Of a stretch of DNA of 64,000 nt, positions 21,862-32,065 are shown one piece after another. Source of the DNA: a bacterium (GTDB taxonomy: Bacteria > Electryoneota > Electryoneia > Electryoneales > Electryoneaceae); assembly GCA_043801585.1 (NCBI GenBank), contig JAZDLX010000200.1:4684-68683 (forward strand), given 5' to 3'. The translations under genes and the position numbers were made by a program. The notes under the pieces are model-generated. The model saw only the letters and a list, made by a program, of their open reading frames with translations, was not told the origin of the DNA and did no database searches. Position 1 is the stretch's first letter. Every line of letters begins with the position of its first letter.

Positions 21862-23352
21862 CTATCCCTGGATGATGACTTTGTTCTCACCCTCATTGAG
21901 TCCTTCAGCCTTCGAAACGACGCCTTCCGCCGGGATCTCGAGGACAAATTTCGCCCCACCCAACGCTTCTGACCGTTCCACCCAGGCATCTCCACCGTGC
22001 TGCTGCGCCACGCTCCGCACAATCGGAAGGCCAAGACCGATCCCAGAGCTTTTTGTGGTTCGGTAAGGTTCGAAGATGGATTGACGATCCTGGTCCGGCA
22101 CACCCGGACCGTTGTCCTCGACGATGAACCGAAGAGAGTCGTTCACCTGCGCAAGCGAAATTCTCACCGGGACGTTCTCGCCAGACGCCTGGAATGCGTT
22201 TTCCACCAGGTTGATCAACGCTCGTTTCAGCTTTTCACGATCGACCGGAATCTCCATGTCCCCCGCGAGGAGAACACATTCTACCCGGCCCGGGTAGAGA
22301 CCTGACAGCTCCTCGACGATCCGTGCGGGTGGGCACGGCGCGGTATCCAGCTGTGGCGCTCGGGCAAAATCGCTGAACTCACGGACCAGGCGGCGAAGGC
22401 TTTCCACTTCCTCATTGACAATCTCCCGTGTGGTTTGCAGCAGCCGTGCATACCGTTCATCGGATCCATCGTAGGAATCCGTTATCTGCTGCACCGAGAG
22501 CTGGATCGGTGTGAGTGGATTCTTGATTTCATGGGCGAGCACCCTGGCCAACTCTCGCCAGCCCGCCATTTTCTCCATGTCCGCCGCTCGTCTCCGGCTT
22601 TGTTCAAGACGGTCGATCATCAGGTTGAACGCCGAAGCCAACCGGCGCACTTCACCACCGCCTTCGACGCGGGCACGCAGATCGCTTCCCTCTCCGACGG
22701 CGTCCATAACATCGGCAAGCCGTTCGATACGGCGTGTCGCCGGCACAACAACGATCAGCGCCGCGCCAACAGCCAGTCCAACCACAACGAGGTGAGCCAA
22801 CAGGTAGGTCAGGACGAGGCTCATCAGGAGACGGTTGCGATCGTAGCGACGCAAGGTCCATTGTGCTCGTGCGCTTTGGAGGTCCAACGCCTGTGTACGG
22901 ATTTCATCGGAAACGTTGTGAGTCAGCCGCCATTCGTGTCCACGATACGTGGTATCCGAAGCCAGGACCTCCGGGATACCTCCAAATGCAGCTTCCTCTG
23001 TCTCTGCGGGAGCGGAAGGGACCCACTTCCCACCTTGATAGTTGTACCAATCGGCGCCCTGTTTTGCGTAAAGAAACTCCCCGTCGGGCAGCCACAGGGA
23101 GCCGGGCGCGGATGCCGGGGGAGGGGACAGGGTATGAATGGCTGAGTTCAAACGTCGATCCATGCCACTTCTGATTTCTGAGAGAAGGGTACGGGTCAGG
23201 AAAACGCCGGAGTCGAGGGCATCGGAAACCTGGGATGGGGCGAGACTCGAAGCGCTTACTTCGACCGCCGACTTTACCACAATCAGCATTGGAATCAGCG
23301 GCAGGATTCCGGCGAGAGCCAGTGCGATAATCAGGCGCCAGCGCAGTTTCAT
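21862..23352 (-). CDS. HAMP sensor histidine kinase (NtrY-like)
   Basis: WRELARVLAHEIKNPLTPIQLS H-box, NLVENA, DNGPG, GIGLGL; ATG 23352 overlaps the upstream gene's stop. Confidence 0.92.
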   Translation of the reverse strand: MKLRWRLIIALALAGILPLIPMLIVVKSAVEVSASSLAPSQVSDALDSGVFLTRTLLSEIRSGMDRRLNSAIHTLSPPPASAPGSLWLPDGEFLYAKQGADWYNYQGGKWVPSAPAETEEAAFGGIPEVLASDTTYRGHEWRLTHNVSDEIRTQALDLQSARAQWTLRRYDRNRLLMSLVLTYLLAHLVVVGLAVGAALIVVVPATRRIERLADVMDAVGEGSDLRARVEGGGEVRRLASAFNLMIDRLEQSRRRAADMEKMAGWRELARVLAHEIKNPLTPIQLSVQQITDSYDGSDERYARLLQTTREIVNEEVESLRRLVREFSDFARAPQLDTAPCPPARIVEELSGLYPGRVECVLLAGDMEIPVDREKLKRALINLVENAFQASGENVPVRISLAQVNDSLRFIVEDNGPGVPDQDRQSIFEPYRTTKSSGIGLGLPIVRSVAQQHGGDAWVERSEALGGAKFVLEIPAEGVVSKAEGLNEGENKVIIQG

Positions 23353-23990
23353 GGCTGACTCCCGGCAGGAGAACGTTCCGGAAGCTTCGCTGTCGTCGAC
23401 CACTTGCTCTTTTCTGTGCGTGAACGTCCCCTGCGGAACAACCAGCCCGTGAGACCTTGCAGCTCTCGTTCCAGAGAGCCCACCTGTTTCGTCCCGTCTT
23501 CCGCCACATTAACCGGGTACGCTTCGACCTGGACGCGAACAAACCATTCTTCATTCCGGGGGATGTCCGCAGGATGGAGGATGAGAATCAGGTCGTTTCG
23601 GAACAGTTTATCCACCGTCGCCAGGCTTTTAATCGCCAACGCTCCGATCGGTGCAAGTACACGATAACGATCAGTCCACACGTTGTATTCGACTGTCACT
23701 TCCTGGTGAATGGTCTTGCTGAAACCGGTGCGGAAAAGTTGTATCTGAAAATCGAAACGGATCGGCACACCTGTTTGCAGGGTTCTTACATGGACGGTTG
23801 ACAGGGGTGATTCAATCTTTGGATGGATGATGGCGAGGGAATCCTCCCAGAATGCTTCCACTCCCGCGATAGCGATTCCATTCTGTGCTTCAGCGGAATT
23901 CGCCAAAAAGAGCACGAGCAGGCTGCATGGAATCACCCACAGGATGACCCCGCGAAACGATATCGAGACTTTATCACTCAAACCTGCCAT
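23349..23990 (-). CDS. DUF4390-like exported protein
   Basis: Signal peptide; LQTGVPIRFDFQIQL...VEYNVWTDRYRV; position directly upstream of an NtrY-like kinase is typical of this family. Confidence 0.65.
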   Translation of the reverse strand: MAGLSDKVSISFRGVILWVIPCSLLVLFLANSAEAQNGIAIAGVEAFWEDSLAIIHPKIESPLSTVHVRTLQTGVPIRFDFQIQLFRTGFSKTIHQEVTVEYNVWTDRYRVLAPIGALAIKSLATVDKLFRNDLILILHPADIPRNEEWFVRVQVEAYPVNVAEDGTKQVGSLERELQGLTGWLFRRGRSRTEKSKWSTTAKLPERSPAGSQP

Positions 23991-24005
23991 GCTGTCAAAT
24001 CCGTT

Positions 24006-25964
24006 CTATTCGCCTTCCAGAAGATGAAACAACGCAAGGTCCAGGTCGTGGGTCGGCTCGAAGGATTTACCGTCCACAATCACCGCTGCACGCGCTTTGC
24101 CGCCGTTCGATGGGTAGGTTTCCATAAGAGTCCAGGGGGTCTCCTGATCCGGATCGAACGCACGGAAAAGGGTTCCGCTGGGGGCCCGTTTCAGTAATTC
24201 GCGACGCATTTCGCCGATTCCATCGCCAGTCAACAGATCAACCACAGGGGGTGTGGCGACAAACCTGCGCAGCGCCCGTCCATAAACCGCATCGCGCATG
24301 CGAAACGGTGGATGCATCTCTTCCAGCCCACCCACCAAAGCCTGTGCACGTTCGTGCCAGCTTGTTTCACGTGTGATCGTCGCAATCACTGCAACGGCAT
24401 GCGACAGCCGGGCATTGGCATCGAACGGCGTATAGGGATGCTTCAGAGCGCCGTATTCCTGCTCTCGCATCAAATGGTCAAAACAGCCCGGTCCCTGATC
24501 ATCGCCAACGATTTCAAAGGTTTCCTCTGTCAATTGAACCGCCCGAAGGAGGTCTTTGGCTCTTCCGGATATCCTGTATAATTCAAGAAATCCATGAATC
24601 ACTTCAACTTGATCTGAAAGGTACAACGTATCGGCGTCATCGCCTCGAATCTCATGGAGCATGCCGCCCTTTTCCGCACGTCCCTGAATCCAGAGCAGGT
24701 CGGCGATTTCGAATGCCCGTTGCAGGCTGCGGGGTTTGTCAAGGAAGATAGCCGCGTTTGCAAGGGCTTTGATCGCCTGTCCCTGTACATGGGTAAAAAA
24801 CCTGGATTCCACCGCAGGAATCTGCCGCGTCATGGACGTGCGGTGGAGCGCTTCTATCCCCTCTTCGATGTGCTTTTGAACCTCCTCCTGCGTCATTTCA
24901 AGACGAAACGCGATCTGGTAGGGGGTAATGCGTTCCTCGAGGCTGAACCGTCCACCGGCACCCGGAATCGGGGTGCCAAAAGGCAGTCCAAAATAGGTGA
25001 TCAGCACCATAGCGGTCGTTTCATTATCGACGGACTTCCGGATTTCCTTCTCCGTCCACCCGAAAAAGCTCCCGCGATCACCGGGTATACCGTCTGAATC
25101 GAGAACGGCATAGAAGAGGCCGGTCTCATCGCCGAGCATTCCCTCCATGTCGCGAAGAATGCCGGAAGCCACTTTTCGCGCAGGCTCATCCTGGGTCTGA
25201 CGGTAGGCTTCAAGGTACGCTTCAAGGAGCGCCATGTTTTCGGTTAAGATCTTGTCATATTGTGGGTTACGCCAGGATTCGTCCTCACAATAACGGTGGA
25301 ATCCACCTGAAATTGGATCTCGCAAGGGGCTCTTGCGCATCGTTTCGAGGGTGACATAGGCCAACTTGCGGATGTCCAGGGATGAATCCTCGAGCAGGAA
25401 GAGCAGCAGGTCAGGCAGTGGGAATTTCGGATATCTCCCGAAACCGTGGTATTTCGTGTCGAACCACGCCATTGCATCGTGACGGATGCTGTCCAGCGTC
25501 GACGCAGCACTTGTGAAATCCAACCCCGATCGAAGCCGGGGGAGTTGCGGAGGTGGAGCTTTCTCAATCTCCGCGATGATCTCTTCACGATGATCCCTGT
25601 AATACTGATGCACCTGCTCCAGTGCCTGCCGTGTCACGGTAAGGCTGAGGTCCGTTCGCCCGTGCAACAGTTCTCCTGTCGGAGTCAGAAAGCATAGCGC
25701 GGGCCATGCCCCCTGGTTGTACCGTTCGGCGACATCCGGAGTGTCCATCGCATCCACGCGCACAGGCAAATAGTGGTCATGAATCAGTTCAAGGACCTTG
25801 GGGTCCCTCAGCACGTTCAGTTCGAAGAGATGGACGGGGTGGCCCCAGGACGTCGTCAAGTAGAGCAGGATTGGTCTGTCCTGGTGTTGAGCTGTTTCAA
25901 ATAAGGTCCGTCCCCATTCCAGCCAGGGGATGCGAGGGGATGTATCTCGACGTTTCGAAGACAT
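24006..25964 (-). CDS. DUF255/YyaL (SSP411-like) thioredoxin plus alpha/alpha-barrel protein
   Basis: IPWLEWG, GAWP..FLTP, GFGRYPKFP, GGFHRY, PQYDKIL, G.FFGWT; CxxC absent. Confidence 0.88.
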   Translation of the reverse strand: MSSKRRDTSPRIPWLEWGRTLFETAQHQDRPILLYLTTSWGHPVHLFELNVLRDPKVLELIHDHYLPVRVDAMDTPDVAERYNQGAWPALCFLTPTGELLHGRTDLSLTVTRQALEQVHQYYRDHREEIIAEIEKAPPPQLPRLRSGLDFTSAASTLDSIRHDAMAWFDTKYHGFGRYPKFPLPDLLLFLLEDSSLDIRKLAYVTLETMRKSPLRDPISGGFHRYCEDESWRNPQYDKILTENMALLEAYLEAYRQTQDEPARKVASGILRDMEGMLGDETGLFYAVLDSDGIPGDRGSFFGWTEKEIRKSVDNETTAMVLITYFGLPFGTPIPGAGGRFSLEERITPYQIAFRLEMTQEEVQKHIEEGIEALHRTSMTRQIPAVESRFFTHVQGQAIKALANAAIFLDKPRSLQRAFEIADLLWIQGRAEKGGMLHEIRGDDADTLYLSDQVEVIHGFLELYRISGRAKDLLRAVQLTEETFEIVGDDQGPGCFDHLMREQEYGALKHPYTPFDANARLSHAVAVIATITRETSWHERAQALVGGLEEMHPPFRMRDAVYGRALRRFVATPPVVDLLTGDGIGEMRRELLKRAPSGTLFRAFDPDQETPWTLMETYPSNGGKARAAVIVDGKSFEPTHDLDLALFHLLEGE

Positions 25965-25979
25965 GGATCTGATCTCGTT

Positions 25980-27233
25980 TTAAGAATCCTGAAGGATTGC
26001 AGCGGCGTAACTGACCATCTGATTCGCATCAGGGGAAACGAATTGCTGGTAATCGACTACGACTCCTTTTGATCCTTCCAGCAGGCGGAGCACAAGATAG
26101 GTGGCATTCAGACCGCAGATGCGCCGTTTGTTGTCGTCTTTCATGATGCTGCGCCACCACCCGTCCGCATCAGCACTTTTCACCGCCTGCAGGGCTTCCA
26201 GGTCATAACGGGCGATGTCCGTGCGGATTCGATCGTTGACCTCGGAAGAATCGCCGAAATAGGGACCAGTATGGGCAAAATCGACACTTGCGACCCAAAT
26301 GACGGATCCTTCATGCGACTCTTCGATCTCCTTGAGGGCGGCAATCACCTGTTCAACGTCCTGATCGTCGCGGGGGGTCCCGGACGCGGAGGGCGAAAGG
26401 ATGCCTGCGACGAGGGGGAGAAGGGTGACCTTCCTGCCCTTCAGCAGGTGTTGCAACCAGACGATCTGAAGTTCCACCGAATGTTCGCTGCGGTGCGCCC
26501 ATTCGTTGATAAATGGCTTCTCGCCCAAACGTTCACGTAACACTTGAAGTGCGTTAGTGTCGCTCTTCAGAGCACCAAAGGGGGTCTCAAAATCCTTTGA
26601 TGCAGCAACTAACGGGTATCCAGCCCCCTGATGGGCAACTCCAATGATTCCCAACAGGATTGGATCCCGTAAATCATCAATCAATGAAAGGATTTCTCGG
26701 TAACCACGCCCGTAGGTCATGCCACCACGGGCAAAATCGATATGCGGAAGGATCAGGCCGCGCAACATCTTTCCTGGAGCGGAAAATTCCGCTTCGCGAT
26801 CATCGTCAGGGGGAGACGCAAGAAGTCCGTCAAAAAACGCTGCAAGCTCATCCGCATCGTCAGGGTACCCCGTACCGGCGAGAGCGGGAGGACGGGTTTT
26901 CAGCTTCCGGTAGTCCTCTTCCATTCGCATTCTCAACTGATGGAATTGCGGGGTCTCCAGCATATGGGAATCTCGAAGCAACTGGATTACCGCCTCGAGT
27001 TCCTCGATGTTTACGGGAATGCCGGTTTTGTTTTCGAATTCATTTGCGATTTCCGCCGCTGTCCTGGAACCGTCGATCAGGGATAGCAGGGGAGCAGCAC
27101 CGAGGGCTACAGCGATCGCCTTGTCGGTGAAACCCTGTGGATCGCGCAGTATCAAATATTGCTGGCCGTTTTCCTCAAACGGGAACGTTTCCACTGGACG
27201 CAGGGCTGGAATGGGTTCAGCACTGACTGCCAT
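25980..27233 (-). CDS. MEMO1 family protein (AmmeMemoRadiSam protein B-like) with N-terminal winged-helix extension
   Basis: AGTGYP, PHID, FETPFG, HRSEHSVE, ASVDFAH, ICG; likely start ATG 27233. Confidence 0.9.
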   Translation of the reverse strand: MAVSAEPIPALRPVETFPFEENGQQYLILRDPQGFTDKAIAVALGAAPLLSLIDGSRTAAEIANEFENKTGIPVNIEELEAVIQLLRDSHMLETPQFHQLRMRMEEDYRKLKTRPPALAGTGYPDDADELAAFFDGLLASPPDDDREAEFSAPGKMLRGLILPHIDFARGGMTYGRGYREILSLIDDLRDPILLGIIGVAHQGAGYPLVAASKDFETPFGALKSDTNALQVLRERLGEKPFINEWAHRSEHSVELQIVWLQHLLKGRKVTLLPLVAGILSPSASGTPRDDQDVEQVIAALKEIEESHEGSVIWVASVDFAHTGPYFGDSSEVNDRIRTDIARYDLEALQAVKSADADGWWRSIMKDDNKRRICGLNATYLVLRLLEGSKGVVVDYQQFVSPDANQMVSYAAAILQDS

Positions 27234-27341
27234 GTACGGTCTCCCCTGAAATGGACTCGCTGTCCAATATGCAGCCACAAGATCACTGGCGACGACGCCA
27301 ATATGACCACCGGCGATTACTCTGGCAACAGGCACCCTGAG

Positions 27342-27366
27342 AAAACGGCACCCGACCGGGTGCCGT
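27342..27366 (-). terminator. argF terminator
   Basis: Hairpin ACGGCACCCG..CGGGTGCCGT followed by a T-run on minus strand. Confidence 0.65.
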
Positions 27367-27394
27367 CCATAGGGTCTTGTGCTTCCGAATCAGA

Positions 27395-28303
27395 TCATCC
27401 GCAGAGGGTGACCAGGATGGCTTTTTGGGCGTGGAGACGGTTTTCCGCTTCGTCAAAGACCACGCTCTGGGGTCCATCGATCACCTCGTCCGTGATTTCC
27501 CGTCCCCGTTCGGCGGGCAGGCAGTGCAAAACAATTGCGCTTTCCTTCGCCTTGCTCATCAAGGTGCTGTTGATCTGGAAATTTTTCAACAGTTCTGCGC
27601 GAGCGCCGGCTTTTTCCTTCTCACCCATGGAAGCCCAGACGTCCGTGTAAACCACATCAGCATCGGCAACCGCATCGAAGGGATCATTGAGCACCTCCAC
27701 TTTCGCCCCTTCGGACTTGGCGATATCCACCAGTTCACCGGGGTGCGTCTCTTTCACGGTACCGATGCGCAAGGTGAAATCGAGACGGCGGGCGGCATTG
27801 ATCCAGCTTCGTGCCACGTTGTTCCCGTCCCCAAGGTAAGTGATCACCTTGCCCTGATAGGTCCCGAGATGCTCCTGAATCGTCATCAAGTCGGCCAACA
27901 CCTGGCAGGGATGGGTGAAATCGGTCAATGCGTTGATCACCGGAACCGTAGAGTATTCCGCGAGTTCTTCGATGTTTTTATGGCTGAAGGTGCGGATAAC
28001 GATGCCGTCCACATAACGACTGAGGACTCTTGCCACATCGGGGATCGATTCCCGAACCCCCAGTTCGATTTCCTTGTCCGTGATGTACATCGCGGTGCCG
28101 CCCAACTGCGCAATGCCGACTTCAAAACTGACACGCGTTCTGAGGCTGGCCTTGTGGAAAATAGTGGCGAAGCACTTGCCTGCCAGGGGAGTCGGACACT
28201 GACCCTGCTTGGTGAGTCCCTTCAACTCCACGGCGAGGTCAAACGTCTTTTTCAACTCCTCAGTGGTAAAATCCGTAATCTGAAGGAAATCCCGCTTAGC
28301 CAT
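27395..28303 (-). CDS. argF: Ornithine carbamoyltransferase
   Basis: SLRTRVSFE, HPCQ, GDGNNV, TDVWASMG, HCLP, ENRLH. Confidence 0.95.
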   Translation of the reverse strand: MAKRDFLQITDFTTEELKKTFDLAVELKGLTKQGQCPTPLAGKCFATIFHKASLRTRVSFEVGIAQLGGTAMYITDKEIELGVRESIPDVARVLSRYVDGIVIRTFSHKNIEELAEYSTVPVINALTDFTHPCQVLADLMTIQEHLGTYQGKVITYLGDGNNVARSWINAARRLDFTLRIGTVKETHPGELVDIAKSEGAKVEVLNDPFDAVADADVVYTDVWASMGEKEKAGARAELLKNFQINSTLMSKAKESAIVLHCLPAERGREITDEVIDGPQSVVFDEAENRLHAQKAILVTLCG

Positions 28304-28352
28304 CGCAGCCGCCTCCTCTTTCTGCCGTTTCCGGTGACATCAAAGCCTGCGT

Positions 28353-28381
28353 AAGGTAGCCGAACGGGAAAGGGGGAGCAA
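28353..28381 (-). promoter_or_regulatory. Putative argF promoter
   Basis: TTGCTC-17 bp-TACCTT. Confidence 0.55.
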
Positions 28382-28601
28382 GATGCCTCGCGGGCATCTG
28401 CCCCGGGAAATGGGTGACGGATGCCGTTTTCTGAAGAGAAACTCGCAAAAGATGAGAAAAACCGTCATATCGTGCATTCCTAACCTCTCAAGAACGGTAG
28501 GGGGGACTCGCACCGCACATTTATCCGTTGCATTTTGCGTATTTTAACCGCTTGATTGTGAAGGTGAACAGCGATACACTCCCCGGACAAAGGTTTGCCT
28601 T

Positions 28602-29633
28602 ATGCATGAAAAGCTCGTCGAATTGCATCAAATCCGAGAAAAGTTCGATCAGGATGCTTCCGCTGTAACCGGTACGGACCAAGCGGAGGAACTGCGGGTA
28701 CGTTACCTCGGCCGGAAAGGGATCATCTCGGGACTTTTCAAGAATATTTCGACACTCCCAGACGATCTTCGCGGACAATACGGCAAAGAACTTAACGAAT
28801 TGAAAATCGCCGCCACCGAAAAGATTGAATCCCTGCTCATCTCCGGAAAAGGCACGTCGGCTGAGAGCGATTTCGACCCCACCTTGCCCGCCAGAACAAT
28901 GTTCGAGGGGTCGCTGCACCCGATGACATTGATCGAACGGGAAGCGAAGCGGATTTTTCAACGGATGGGCTTTTCCATCGAACGCGGCCCGGAGATCGAA
29001 GACACCTGGCACAATTTTGACGCCTTGAACACACCTGAGTGGCATCCTTCGCGGGATACTTCCGACAGCCTTTACCTGGCCAACAAAAGCGGATACCTGC
29101 TGCGAACCGAAACCAGCCCGATCCAGATTCGAGTGTTGGAAAAACGGAAACCGCCGATTCGGATCGTCGGGCCGGGAAGGGTTTTCCGCAACGACAAGCC
29201 CGACGCAACCCACCATCCCTCATTTACCCAGATGGAAGGGTTGTACGTGGACCGTGGCGTCACCTTCGCGGACCTGAAAGGTACGGTACTCGAGTTTTAT
29301 CGCCAGATGTTCGGGAGCAATGTTCGTACGCGTTTCCGGCCGCACTTTTTCCCGTTCACGGAACCTTCTGCGGAAGTTGATGTCAGTTGCCCCTTTTGCG
29401 GTGGCGACGGCTGCCGCATCTGCAAACAATCCGGCTGGATCGAAATGGGCGGTTCGGGGATGGTGGACCCGAACGTGCTCGAGACCGTTGGTATCGATTC
29501 TGAGGAATTCACCGGCTGGGCATTCGGCCTGGGAATCGAACGGTTGGCGATGCTTCTCTACGACGTCGAGGACATTCGACTTTTCTACGAAAACGATGTG
29601 CGGTTCCTCTCGCAGTTCGGAGGCAGGCGATGA
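28602..29633 (+). CDS. pheS: Phenylalanyl-tRNA synthetase alpha
   Basis: NFDALN, LLRTETSP, FTQMEG, FFPFTEPS, GWAFGLG. Confidence 0.98.
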   Translation: MHEKLVELHQIREKFDQDASAVTGTDQAEELRVRYLGRKGIISGLFKNISTLPDDLRGQYGKELNELKIAATEKIESLLISGKGTSAESDFDPTLPARTMFEGSLHPMTLIEREAKRIFQRMGFSIERGPEIEDTWHNFDALNTPEWHPSRDTSDSLYLANKSGYLLRTETSPIQIRVLEKRKPPIRIVGPGRVFRNDKPDATHHPSFTQMEGLYVDRGVTFADLKGTVLEFYRQMFGSNVRTRFRPHFFPFTEPSAEVDVSCPFCGGDGCRICKQSGWIEMGGSGMVDPNVLETVGIDSEEFTGWAFGLGIERLAMLLYDVEDIRLFYENDVRFLSQFGGRR

Positions 29634-32038
29634 AGGTCTCGGTCAACTGGTTGCGGACATTCGTCGATTTCGATGAAACCCCGGAGCAGATTGCGGAACG
29701 AGTCACCTTTGGCGCCTTTGAACTGGAAGACCTGGAGAAGGTTCAGCGTCATCTTCGCGGGCTCATTGTCGGCAAAATTCTCGAATCGAAAAAGCACCCC
29801 GATGCGGACAAACTCTCCGTTACAAAAGTCGATATCGGCGGCGAAATCCTGACGATCGTCTGCGGTGCACCGAACTGCCGGGAAGGTTTGCTCGTAGCGG
29901 TTGCAAAACCGGGAGTGAAACTCGGCGACCTCACCGTGGAGACCCGCACACTGCGTGGTGTCACCTCACAGGGAATGATCCTCTCCGAGCGGGAGATGGG
30001 GCTGACGGACGATCATAGCGGGATCCTGGTCTTCGACGATTCCATGACCGCAGGGCAAAAGCTCGACGACCTTGTGGAGGACGAAGATACGATCCTCGAT
30101 TTCGAGATCACGGTCAACCGGCCGGACGCCCTTTCCCATCTGGGCCTGGCCCGTGAAATTGCCGCCTACCTTGGGAAACCGTTGCGCATTCCCGCTTTCA
30201 ATGTCAAGGAAGAGGGTGACCCGGTGTCGAAACGGGTCAATGTGGAAATCGCCGACCCCGCGCAAGGTCCACGGTATGTCGCTCGTGTCGTCGAAGGTGC
30301 AACGGTCAAACCATCCCCGCTGTGGATGCGTGCGCTGCTCCATTCGCTCGGACAGCGGCCGATCAACAACATCGTCGATATTACGAACTATGTCCTCTTC
30401 GAGCTGGGGCACCCCCTTCACGCCTTCGACTGCCATCTCGTTAAGGACGGTCACATCATCGTCCGTTTGGCGAAAGAGGGCGAAAAGCTTGTCACGCTCG
30501 ACGACCGCGAGCACACCCTGACCTCCGATGATCTGCTGATTGCCGATCCGGAGCGTGGGGTCGGGCTGGCGGGCGTCATGGGGGGTGCAAACAGCGAAGT
30601 GGGCGAGGAGACGAAAGACATTCTGATCGAAGCCGCCTATTTCGACCCACCGACGATTCGTCGCACCGCCAAACGTCACGGCTTTTCGACAGAAGCCTCC
30701 CGCCGTTTTGAGCGGGGAGCGGACCCTTCGATGCCGCCGAACGCCGCTGCACGGTGCGCGGAACTGATGCGCAAGTACGCTGATGGAAAGGTACTTAAGG
30801 GTGCAGTTGACGCCTATCCGAAGCCGATTGGTCCGCGTAAGATTGCAGTTCGTCCCAGCCGTGCCAGCCTTCTTCTCGGAATGGAGATCGGAGTTGACCT
30901 GGCGAAAAAATCACTCGAGTCGCTGACTCTGCCAGCGAAAAAAACGGGGGACGATGTACTGACGGTTACCGTGCCTACTTACCGCATGGACCTCGAGCGG
31001 GAGGTTGACCTGATCGAGGAGATCGCACGAATCGTCGGGTATAACGAGGTGCCCACCGCCGAAACGTCGCGCGTTGTTCTGCAGACTCGTCAGGATCCCC
31101 GTGAAGAACTTTATGACACGGCCATCGACCTGATGATCGGAATGGGTTTCAGGGAGATCGTACTCCCCGGAATGACATCGGGGAAGGACCAGGAAGAGTT
31201 CCAGGGCGGGCTTTCTCCTTACATCATCGACCGTCCAATCAGCCCTGATATGGGTGTCTACCGCGCGTCGTTGCTCCCTGGCATTTTGCGAACGATTGAG
31301 CGAAATCTGAACGTAGGCTTTGAAGATCTGCGCCTTGTTGAAACGGGACAGGTGGGGGGAAAGGGCTGGTTCGGAATTGAAGGCGGACAACGCCGTCATC
31401 TCGCTTTCGCCATCACAGGCCACGCCTGGCCACCTTCATATGATGGTTCCGGTAAAGCAGTCGATCTCCCCTTTATCAAAGGGGTTATCGCTTTGCTTTC
31501 TCGAGGATTATCGCTTGACAAGTTCCCGGATTTTTCCTATGATACTCCTGGCAGCATCCAGCAAGGAATTGTCCTGAAAGGGAAGGATGGCAAGAACGTT
31601 CTGATTGCGGGCCTGCTGGTCAACGAGGTTGCCAAATCGTTCGGAATCGAAGTTCCTGTTTATGTATGCGAAGTCGATCTCGATCGCTGGGCGTCGGCAA
31701 CATCGGACATGTTGAAACGGCCGGGTAGTACCGAGGGATATCGAGCCTTCTCACGATTCCCGGCAAACACACGAGATGTAGCGTTCATCGCTGTTACGTC
31801 CGTTCGTTTCGAGACGTTGCTGGCGGCAATCGGCAAAGCCGGCGGTGATCTGCTTGAAGATGTATCACTATTCGATTTGTACGAGGGCAAGCCGCTTGAA
31901 AAGGATCAACGCAGCCTCGCGTTTCGACTCATTTTCCGTGCCGGGGACCACACACTTTCCGACGAGGAGGTGGATCCTGTCATCCGCGAGGTCATCCAAG
32001 CGGCCGAACATCTCGGCGGAGTTCGTCTGCGGTCGTAG
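29630..32038 (+). CDS. pheT: Phenylalanyl-tRNA synthetase beta
   Basis: HPDADKL, VCGAPN, NRPDALS, INNIVDITNY, GHPLHAFD, RFERG, DLIEEIARI. Confidence 0.98.
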   Translation: MKVSVNWLRTFVDFDETPEQIAERVTFGAFELEDLEKVQRHLRGLIVGKILESKKHPDADKLSVTKVDIGGEILTIVCGAPNCREGLLVAVAKPGVKLGDLTVETRTLRGVTSQGMILSEREMGLTDDHSGILVFDDSMTAGQKLDDLVEDEDTILDFEITVNRPDALSHLGLAREIAAYLGKPLRIPAFNVKEEGDPVSKRVNVEIADPAQGPRYVARVVEGATVKPSPLWMRALLHSLGQRPINNIVDITNYVLFELGHPLHAFDCHLVKDGHIIVRLAKEGEKLVTLDDREHTLTSDDLLIADPERGVGLAGVMGGANSEVGEETKDILIEAAYFDPPTIRRTAKRHGFSTEASRRFERGADPSMPPNAAARCAELMRKYADGKVLKGAVDAYPKPIGPRKIAVRPSRASLLLGMEIGVDLAKKSLESLTLPAKKTGDDVLTVTVPTYRMDLEREVDLIEEIARIVGYNEVPTAETSRVVLQTRQDPREELYDTAIDLMIGMGFREIVLPGMTSGKDQEEFQGGLSPYIIDRPISPDMGVYRASLLPGILRTIERNLNVGFEDLRLVETGQVGGKGWFGIEGGQRRHLAFAITGHAWPPSYDGSGKAVDLPFIKGVIALLSRGLSLDKFPDFSYDTPGSIQQGIVLKGKDGKNVLIAGLLVNEVAKSFGIEVPVYVCEVDLDRWASATSDMLKRPGSTEGYRAFSRFPANTRDVAFIAVTSVRFETLLAAIGKAGGDLLEDVSLFDLYEGKPLEKDQRSLAFRLIFRAGDHTLSDEEVDPVIREVIQAAEHLGGVRLRS

Positions 32039-32065
32039 AGTCCGCCTAACGCACCGGGAGTACCT

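Noticed and set aside
28120-28160. SLRT motif suggesting N-acetyl/succinylornithine transcarbamylase
   Set aside because: The DVWASMG ornithine-binding loop and HPCQ are those of a standard OTCase.
28382-28601. T-box or riboswitch upstream of pheS/argF
   Set aside because: No UGGNACC T-box core, no leader terminator and no recognisable aptamer; only a small hairpin near 28381-28399.
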